Origin: an uncultured archaeon
GTDB lineage: Archaea > Asgardarchaeota > Lokiarchaeia > Sigyniarchaeales > SOKP01
Length of the DNA: 14,531 nucleotides
Assembly (NCBI GenBank): GCA_964525635.1
Contig: CAZGJX010000102.1
Coordinates: forward strand, 1 to 14,531
Direction of reading: 5' to 3'
Shown here: in pieces, positions 7,771 to 14,531 of the stretch
How the letters are laid out: every line of letters begins with the position of its first letter
Position numbering within the stretch: the stretch's first letter is position 1
Notes under the pieces: generated by a model
What the model saw: the letters and a program-made list of their open reading frames with translations, nothing else
Told to the model about the DNA's origin: nothing
Database searches by the model: none
Made by a program: the position numbers and the translations under genes

Positions 7771-8448
7771 ATGACCATTCTTAAGGCTCAAATCTTCGGG
7801 GGGAGTTTAATCGGAGTTTATTTAGAAGTAAATAATTCTTATGTTTTGTATCCTTCCAATTTAATCCAATCATCTCTTGAAAAATTTAAAAAAGTTTTTA
7901 AAACTAATTTCTATCCATTTACAATAAATAATTCAAAACTTGTTGGAGTATATACAGTAAGTAATTGTCATGGAATTATATTACCCCATATTATTAGAGA
8001 TGATGAAGTTACAAAATTGAATGATGTTTTAGAAAAAGAAGTAAATTCATTTGAAATAGGAATTCTTAATTGTGGAGATAATGCTTTTGGTAATCTTATT
8101 TTATGTAATGATAAAGGTGCGATAATAAGTTCCTTGTTGGTTAAATATAAAAAAAAAATTGAAGATATATTAAATGTAGAAACTGTAGTTTTTGATTTTG
8201 CTGGGAGTTATCTTCCCGGATCAATAGGAATAGCTAACAATAAAGGATGTTTAGTTCATCCATTAGCTACTGATGATGAAATTGATTATATATCTTCAAT
8301 TCTTAAAGTTGAGACCGATGTTTCTACAATAAATAGAGGTATTCCTTATTTAGGTTCGGGAGCTGCTGTAAATGATCGAGATGGAATTTTTGGATCATTT
8401 AGCACTGGTCCTGAAATGATGAGATTAACTAATGTTTTAGAACTCTAA
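7771..8448 (+). CDS. eif6: Translation initiation factor 6 (aIF6/eIF6)
   Basis: AFGNLILCNDKGA, ANNKGCLVHP, TINRGIPYLGSG and STGPEM motifs, plus operon context. Confidence 0.96.
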   Translation: MTILKAQIFGGSLIGVYLEVNNSYVLYPSNLIQSSLEKFKKVFKTNFYPFTINNSKLVGVYTVSNCHGIILPHIIRDDEVTKLNDVLEKEVNSFEIGILNCGDNAFGNLILCNDKGAIISSLLVKYKKKIEDILNVETVVFDFAGSYLPGSIGIANNKGCLVHPLATDDEIDYISSILKVETDVSTINRGIPYLGSGAAVNDRDGIFGSFSTGPEMMRLTNVLEL

Positions 8449-8610
8449 CTTTCTACCAATAAGGGTATTTTTATTCTTTAAAGGTTTTCATATTCACATA
8501 ATTATTTTTCTGATTAATAAAAATTCATAATAAAGATTAGAATAATTTTTTTAGAAATGCTATATTTTTATCTTCAATATTAAAAATCATTGAATGATAA
8601 ATATATTATT

Positions 8611-8844
8611 ATGTCAGAATCAGAAATTAAAATTTTCAGAATAACTGGTACTTATTCTAAACGTTATAAACAATATTTATTTCGAAAAGAAATCCGTGCA
8701 TTAAAGGAGGAGGATGCATTAGAAAAAGCGCTCTCCCAAATAACTTCTATAGGAATATACAGAAGACAAATTAAGATTCAAGAAATTAAAGATATAAGTC
8801 CAGAAGAATGTGAAGATTATCTAATAAAGGAATTATCTAAATGA
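8611..8844 (+). CDS. rpl18a: 50S ribosomal protein eL20 (L18Ae/LX)
   Basis: KIFRITG...FRKEIRALKEEDALEKALS...RRQIKIQEI, between eIF6 and prefoldin alpha. ATG at 8611 preferred. Confidence 0.9.
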   Translation: MSESEIKIFRITGTYSKRYKQYLFRKEIRALKEEDALEKALSQITSIGIYRRQIKIQEIKDISPEECEDYLIKELSK

Positions 8845-8865
8845 TTTTAAAAAAGTTGATTTAAA

Positions 8866-9279
8866 ATGGAACCCTCTCAAAATTCACAAGAATTAGCCTA
8901 TCAGTTTCAATATATAAAAGAACAGAAAGATATGTATTTACAAAATCTTGATATTATAAATGTTGCCTATAATAATCTTTTAAATACAAAAAGAACAGTA
9001 GAAAATCTAAAAGAAGTTAAAGATGGAGAAGAAATTTTAGTGCCTGTTGGTGGTATGATTAGCTTAAAAGCTAATATATGTAACCCTCAAAAAATTCTAT
9101 TAACTATAAGTAATGATGTTATTATTGAAAGGGATATAACCAATTCTATAAATTACATTGACAAATTAATAGAACAACACAAAACACAAATAGATTTATT
9201 ACAACAGCAAATTAAAAAAATTGATGCTAATTTACTTGGAATTTCTCAAATGTTTCAAAAAAGTATTTCACAACAATAA
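8866..9279 (+). CDS. pfdA: Prefoldin alpha subunit
   Basis: Coiled coil, EILVPVGG beta-hairpins, second coiled coil. Conserved operon position. Confidence 0.93.
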   Translation: MEPSQNSQELAYQFQYIKEQKDMYLQNLDIINVAYNNLLNTKRTVENLKEVKDGEEILVPVGGMISLKANICNPQKILLTISNDVIIERDITNSINYIDKLIEQHKTQIDLLQQQIKKIDANLLGISQMFQKSISQQ

Positions 9280-9345
9280 TAAATCATATAGTTCTTTATT
9301 TGCCTATTTTTATTGTATTTAATTTGTAAACAAAATGATAAAGCT

Positions 9346-10242
9346 ATGCTAGATAAATTAAAAAATACATTTTCAGTATTCATTAAAAAAACATTAACAG
9401 AAAAAAAAATAGAAAATTCAATTGAAGATCTGAAGCTTTTACTTGCAAGCAATGATGTTGCATTGGAAACCGCAGATCAAATATGTAAAAGAATAGTTGA
9501 TTCGTTTAAAGGAGAACAAATTGGGCGTCTTCATTCAATTAAAACTAATTTATCAGACACATTAGAAGAAATTATTACATCTATCCTTACTCCTGATATT
9601 GAAATTAATTTAATTGATGAAATTAAAAAGAAAAATTCTCAAAATTTACCATACGTAATCGTTTTTTTAGGAGTAAATGGCACAGGAAAGACTACAACAA
9701 TGGCAAAAATAGCTTATTTTTTAAAAGAGAATGGATTCAAGGTTATAGCGGCTGCTGCTGATACATTTAGAGCAGGAGCAATTGAACAATTAATTTACCA
9801 TATGGATAATGTAGGTGTAAAAGTTATAAAACATCAATATAAATCTGATCCTGCGAGTGTAGCTTATGATGCTATTGATCATGCAAAAGCGAAGGATGCT
9901 AATATTGTGCTTATTGATACTGCAGGAAGGCAAGTAACTGATAAAAATCTAATGAGAGAAATCGAAAAAATTTGTAGAATTGCTGAACCTGACTTGAAAA
10001 TATTTATTGGAGATTCATTAGCAGGAAATGATGCTCTTTTTCAAGCTAAAGAATTTAATAGATATGTTGGGATAGATGCAACAATTTTAACTAAATTAGA
10101 TGCCGATGCTAAAGGTGGAGCTGCATTATCTGTATCCTATGAAACAAAAAAGCCAATAATCTATGTGGGCACAGGTCAAAGTTATAATGATCTTGAGAAA
10201 TTTAATCCAGATATATTTATTGATAATATTTTATCTGAATAA
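9346..10242 (+). CDS. ftsY: Signal recognition particle receptor FtsY (NG domain only)
   Basis: GVNGTGKTTT, DTFRAGA, DTAGR, TKLDADAKGG and GTGQ motifs. ATG at 9346 (MLDKLK). Confidence 0.97.
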   Translation: MLDKLKNTFSVFIKKTLTEKKIENSIEDLKLLLASNDVALETADQICKRIVDSFKGEQIGRLHSIKTNLSDTLEEIITSILTPDIEINLIDEIKKKNSQNLPYVIVFLGVNGTGKTTTMAKIAYFLKENGFKVIAAAADTFRAGAIEQLIYHMDNVGVKVIKHQYKSDPASVAYDAIDHAKAKDANIVLIDTAGRQVTDKNLMREIEKICRIAEPDLKIFIGDSLAGNDALFQAKEFNRYVGIDATILTKLDADAKGGAALSVSYETKKPIIYVGTGQSYNDLEKFNPDIFIDNILSE

Positions 10243-10564
10243 ATTAGTGATATAAAATGAATAAATCCCTCAGAATTTTAAATGCTTTTTTATAAAGATA
10301 TGAGATCAAACACCATTAAATCATACTTTCTTAAAAACTAAGTTTTAATTCATGAAAGATTTGAAAAATACCAAATTAAGCTTTTGTATAAATTTAAGAG
10401 AACTGATTAAATAAAATATCAATTATCAAATATATTCAATAACGTTTGAATTATGTATTATTTATTTTCATTATTGAGTTAGATAGTGATTATCTCACAA
10501 AAAACATTTTTATAACTTTTAAGATGACAGATAACTTTTTTAAATAAAAATTTTTATTTTAATT

Positions 10565-10801
10565 GTGTCAGCAAAATATCCTAAATATGAAAATTTTGGT
10601 TCAAGATACGGAAAAGAAAAAAAATTATCTTATTACCAAAAGATTGTAAATTTAATAAACAATATAAAAAGAATTATGAAAACTGCAAATAAACCAACTA
10701 GAAAGGATTATTTTATGGTCTTTAAAATAGTCCTTATTGGTATGGTGTTATTTGGAGTTATTAGTTTTGTGATACAATTAATTTGTGAAACAGTCTTCTA
10801 G
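10565..10801 (+). CDS. secE: Protein translocase SecE/Sec61-gamma
   Basis: RIMKTANKPTRKDY amphipathic helix and hinge followed by one TM helix (IGMVLFGVISFVI). Downstream of ftsY, GTG start. Confidence 0.9.
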   Translation: MSAKYPKYENFGSRYGKEKKLSYYQKIVNLINNIKRIMKTANKPTRKDYFMVFKIVLIGMVLFGVISFVIQLICETVF

Positions 10802-10905
10802 TAGCACAATCATAATAATAATTTTATTCAGTCAATTTTTTTCTATCCTTATATTTATATTTAAATTAATTTCTTTAGTTATTATTGTAAATTATTTTAA
10901 TTTGG

Positions 10906-11346
10906 TTGATAATTATTAAAATCCGAATCGAATTATTTTAAAATCTTCATTTTATTGCATCAGCTCGCCATTTTGATGAAATTCATATTGATGAACCAGA
11001 ATCATTTCATGGAACTGATTTGGGTCCAAGCTCTGTTGGATATTTATTAATCGGAATCGGGGGATGTCTCGGTTCTACGTTCGCATTTTGTTTAAAGAAA
11101 AAAAAAGTAGAATTTACTTCATTAGAAATTATATTAGATGGAATTCTTAAACATAATGGACCAAAACTACATTTAAGATTAAATAGAATTAATTGTCAAA
11201 TAAATATATCATTAAATCATAATCAATATAATCTACTGGAAGAGTGTATCCAAACATTTCAAAAATATTGTGTTGTATCCGAAAGTATAATTAATGGGAT
11301 ACCTCTCAACGTAAAAATAAAAAAAAAAATAAAAAAAAAGTCTTAA
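10906..11346 (+). pseudogene. OsmC/Ohr-family protein with an in-frame TAA at 10939-10941 near the N-terminus
   Basis: The frame of ORF 11020..11346 extends upstream as (M)IIIKIRIELF*NLHFIASARHFDEIHIDEPESFHGTDLGPSSVGYLLIGIGGC...KYCVVSESI. It has the OsmC DEP-x3-G-x3-GP motif and both Cys. There is no ATG/GTG/TTG between the TAA and the DEP motif. Confidence 0.7.
11313..11339 (-). terminator. Oligo-T tract immediately after the dnaG stop
   Basis: The near-pure A run on + is a T tract on the minus strand right after TAA at 11343-11345. It overlaps the Lys-rich tail of the convergent OsmC ORF. Confidence 0.5.
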
Positions 11347-12570
11347 AAATAAAACACAACAAGATTTTCTGGTAATCGTAAATCTTCTTCTTTGTTTTTA
11401 CAAGCTATGAATTCAATATCAATATCCATTAATAAGGAAAGAAGACGAGTAGTTAAAATTCCATCTATTATTAAAAATTTAGTATCTTCAAAATGATCGA
11501 TTTTATCGAATAATTCGCTTACGGGGATTTCAAATAATTTATTTAATCCTTGATCAAATGCCACTGCTTTTCCAGTTTCTATACTTCTTATTTTTTCGAT
11601 TATTATCTCTTTTTTCTTGATTTTCAGCTTTTTTAAGAATCGCAATAATACCTTTTCTTTTCCAGTAAAATATTTATCTTCGTCATCTTTTTTTTTTTCA
11701 TATGTATCCTCTGAAATTCCGTCTACAGTTGCCTGTTTTTTATTATGCAATACTTTTATCATTTGTTTTCGAGTTAATTCTTCTACTTCATAGCCTTCTG
11801 GGGCCCTAGCTACATAATCTATTTTAGTAACCTGTAATAATTCTTTTAAAATTAAAGTACCTCCTCTATCTCCATCTAAAAATGCAATAACTGTTTTTTT
11901 CTTTTTAGCTAGATCAACAATAGATTTTGGCACATTTGTTCCTTGAACTGCTATAGTGTTTTTTACACCTATTCTCAATAAATTTAAGACATCTGCCCGA
12001 CCTTCAACGATAATTAATTCTTGATCTTCATCTACATCTGGACCTGCAGGTAGTTCATCCGGCCCCCATGATATTATTTCTCCAAGTTTTATATCTGTGT
12101 CGATTTTTTCCTCTATTTCACTTGCTTCTAAGGATTGTTGGTCCCATTCTTTTAATAATTCTGCTGCTCTTTCAATGATCTTAGCCCTTTTTGTCTCACG
12201 AACATCTTTTATATTTTTCAATATAAAATTCGCTTCACATGGACCAACCCTTGATACTGTTTCTACTGTAGCTGCTAATAATGCGGTCTCCTTCCTTGTT
12301 AATGAAGACGGAATTTGGATAAATCCTTTAGAATTTCCTTCCTTTGATATATTTTCAACATCAATTCTTCCGATTCTCCCTGATTTTTGAAGATCTCTTA
12401 AATCTAAATCTAAAAGGAGCCCTTCTGTTTGAACGATTAATAGGATGCCTTATTTATCATTGTCCGAATATAGCACCTACAATATCACTTTTTTCTACAA
12501 TTCCTTTAACATTAAATTCTGCTTCTATAATATATTTAGTTGTGAAATCATTATTTGTAATCTTAATCAC
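11343..12570 (-). CDS. dnaG: Archaeal DnaG (TOPRIM, exosome-associated), two exons: complement(join(11343..12428,12460..12570)), about 398 aa after splicing
   Basis: Exon 1 (GTG 12570) reads [37 protein letters not shown]. Exon 2 reads [24 protein letters not shown]...[26 protein letters not shown] and runs without stops into ORF 11343..12221, which has TOPRIM motifs IIVEGRADV and AFLDGDRGG. The exact start codon is uncertain. Confidence 0.9.
12429..12459 (-). other. Putative archaeal-type (BHB/BHL) mRNA intron in dnaG, 31 nt
   Basis: Insert UGAUAAAUAAGGCAUCCUAUUAAUCGUUCAA lies between codons Gln37 and Thr38. Central helix GGAC/GUUC, junctions AA^U and AA^A, and an inner hairpin. Removal restores GAIFGQTEGLL. 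Confidence 0.8.
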
Positions 12571-12887
12571 GCTCTAAAAATAAATAATTTATAATTCTAA
12601 ATTTGATAAATAATAAAATTAATCAGATATCTTGATTAGATTATCTTGACTTATTTTTAATATAAATCTCTTTTAATATAATATATTTAATCCTTACTAA
12701 ATTAATATTATAAAAATATAATTCATCTAAAAATAAAATTTTTACTGTTCTAAATTAAAAATAAAATTAGATAAAACATATAGTAATCATATTAATTTGC
12801 TTAAAATTAATTATATATAAACAAAAATACAATAAAAATAAAAACAAAAAAAAAAAGATTATTTTAGATAAAGAAAAATTCAAATGT

Positions 12888-14234
12888 CTATTTGTTGTTA
12901 ATTTTTTTTCGCTTTTTTATCATAACTATTGAAATGATACAAAAAATACCTATCAAAATAAATAGATCATAACCAGGAACATCAATATCTGAGGGATCAG
13001 GATTAGTTGGATGAGATGAACTAGTAGTTGTGGAAGTTGTAGTAGATGTGGTAGTTGTAGTTGAATCTGTAATAATCCCTGCGAAGGTGTATTTAGCAAT
13101 AAACACCTCATTATCATTAGTACATCCTCCAATGTATATATCTCCCGAATTATCTACAGCTATACAATCTCCTTCATTCCAATAATTAATACGACATCTT
13201 CCATCGTATAGTAAATTCCCAGAACTATCATATTTTCTAATAAAAGCATCGGAACCTGAGCTAAAGCTATAATACATTCCCGTAGCATATATATTATTTG
13301 AATTATCTGATTCAAGATCTAATACTGTATCAATTGTTCCACCGTCCCAAGTAATATTCATAACTGAATTTCCTGAATTGTCATATTTTGCAATAAAACA
13401 ATCACGACTAATATATGGGGCGGATTCTCCTCCTATATATATATTTCCTAATTGATCCAAAGTAATTGTATTTGCATAATCATTAATACTACCATTCCAA
13501 ATCCTTTCGAAAATAAGATCACCTGAGTTATTATATTTCCTGAGAAATACATCCCATGCAGCGTCACTATATTGAGTAGTTTCTCCAGTAACATATATAT
13601 TACCTGAGTCATCTAAAATAAGATCCTTTGCGATCCAAATATGATATCCTCCAATTTCTTCATAAAATACAGTATATCCAGAACTATTTATTTTTGTTAA
13701 AAATCCACTCATGCTATCCATACCTGCAATATATATGTTTCCTAAAGAGTCTATTTCAATTCCAAGTCCTGCATTTGCACTACCCAATGTTTTATTAAAA
13801 ATCTCATTACCAGAACTATCAAATTTAACCATAAATGCCTCAGTAACACTTGAGGATCCTGTGATATATATATTTCCTGATGTATCTATCTCCATATCAT
13901 ATCCTATATCATCAAAATATGTGTTCCATGTTGTATTAAAAATCTCATTACCAGAATTATCGAATTTAGCTATAAATGCTATAGATCCTAAATTACCAGT
14001 AATATATATATTCCCTACGTCATCTAAAATAAGATCATATGCAGTATCCTCAGAATTAAGCCCCCATGTTATATTATATTCAAGTACAAAATTCTCTGCT
14101 GTTAATTTTATATCTGGAATTTGATCGACATTATTATCAAATTCATTCATGGAATTTGATAAGATTGCAGGAATTATACTAAGACTTAATAAAATGATAA
14201 AAAATGGAATAATTCCAATTTTTCTATTATTCAT
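12888..14234 (-). CDS. Secreted, membrane-anchored beta-propeller (SBBP-like repeat) surface protein with Thr/Ser linker and Loki-CTERM-like sorting tail
   Basis: N-terminal signal or TM segment, about 7 repeats of D-x-x-GNIYITG...F-x-x-K-[YF]-D-x-S-G, a TTTTTSTTTSTTTSSS linker, then VPGYD, a TM helix and KKRKK (PGF-CTERM-like tripartite signal). Confidence 0.85.
   Translation of the reverse strand: MNNRKIGIIPFFIILLSLSIIPAILSNSMNEFDNNVDQIPDIKLTAENFVLEYNITWGLNSEDTAYDLILDDVGNIYITGNLGSIAFIAKFDNSGNEIFNTTWNTYFDDIGYDMEIDTSGNIYITGSSSVTEAFMVKFDSSGNEIFNKTLGSANAGLGIEIDSLGNIYIAGMDSMSGFLTKINSSGYTVFYEEIGGYHIWIAKDLILDDSGNIYVTGETTQYSDAAWDVFLRKYNNSGDLIFERIWNGSINDYANTITLDQLGNIYIGGESAPYISRDCFIAKYDNSGNSVMNITWDGGTIDTVLDLESDNSNNIYATGMYYSFSSGSDAFIRKYDSSGNLLYDGRCRINYWNEGDCIAVDNSGDIYIGGCTNDNEVFIAKYTFAGIITDSTTTTTSTTTSTTTSSSHPTNPDPSDIDVPGYDLFILIGIFCIISIVMIKKRKKINNK
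13793..13979. repeat. 46-nt near-identical intragenic repeat (13793-13838 / 13934-13979) between adjacent propeller blades
   Basis: tattaaaaatctcattaccagaa[c/t]tatc[a/g]aattta[a/g]c[c/t]ataaatgc with 4 mismatches, at offset 141 nt (47 codons). Confidence 0.8.
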
Positions 14235-14531
14235 ATTTAATACCTTTTAAACAAGTTTTTTCTATTTTTTATATTAATTCATCTTCAAACATTGAATTAT
14301 TGACATATCAATAAATTACAATGTGCTTTAAAAAGATAAATGATACCAAAGTGAAATTCCATCAAAAATCAAGGTTTGATTCCACTCTTATATTTAGTAA
14401 ATAAAAATCCTTTAAAAAGAATCAGGTAAGAATTTCTCCCTATTTATATATAATTTTTATTATATTTGTAAATATTCTATGTTATCAAAACTAGTAAAAC
14501 GTAGCTAATCTTATTTAAAATTATCAAGAAA

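Noticed and set aside
9255-9452. - strand 65-aa ORF
   Set aside because: Antisense to pfdA and ftsY.
525-10941. Genome-wide TAA reassignment to explain the two in-frame stops
   Set aside because: TAA ends most conserved genes here at their expected C-termini (rps19e, rpl39e, rpl31e, eif6, ftsY, dnaG), and no core gene has an internal TAA.
12219-12221. TTG at 12221 as the dnaG start (292-aa protein)
   Set aside because: Conserved DnaG sequence continues 69 codons upstream in frame, and 37 more codons beyond the insert.
12429-12462. dnaG insert as a transposon/MITE footprint, programmed frameshift or simple indel error
   Set aside because: CAA is repeated at both ends, but there is no transposase nearby and no slippery run. 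31 extra non-homologous nucleotides with stops cannot be a 1-nt error or a simple frameshift. The BHB geometry predicts the junction exactly. Disfavoured rather than formally excluded.
12097-12577. + strand ORFs 12097..12390 and 12344..12577
   Set aside because: Antisense shadows of the two dnaG exons. The minus strand carries the conserved DnaG motifs.
13711-14124. + strand 137-aa repetitive ORF
   Set aside because: Antisense mirror of the propeller repeats.

Overview
Very AT-rich archaeal DNA, most likely from an Asgard archaeon (Lokiarchaeia-like). This is inferred from archaeal/eukaryote-type ribosomal proteins, a Loki-CTERM-like sorting tail and archaeal DnaG. From left to right the window holds a DNA-repair pair (SPL-like radical SAM plus an AlkD-like gene broken by one in-frame TAA), tRNA-Gly(TCC) with a non-canonical 31-nt intron, and a MacB/FtsX-type ABC transporter. 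A 164-bp tandem duplication follows, then nep1-rnp4-yhbY on the minus strand, divergent from the conserved rps19e-PDCD5-rpl39e-rpl31e-eIF6-rpl18a-pfdA-ftsY-secE cluster. The window ends with an OsmC-like gene (in-frame TAA), archaeal dnaG and a secreted beta-propeller protein. The main finding is that dnaG is split inside its conserved GAIFGQ|TEGLL motif by a 31-nt insert (12429-12459) that starts with TGA TAA. The insert folds into a bulge-helix-bulge-like motif, and its predicted tRNA-splicing-endonuclease cut sites restore the frame and motif exactly. It is therefore a candidate archaeal-type mRNA intron in an Asgard protein-coding gene, with the same length and geometry as the tRNA intron in this window.
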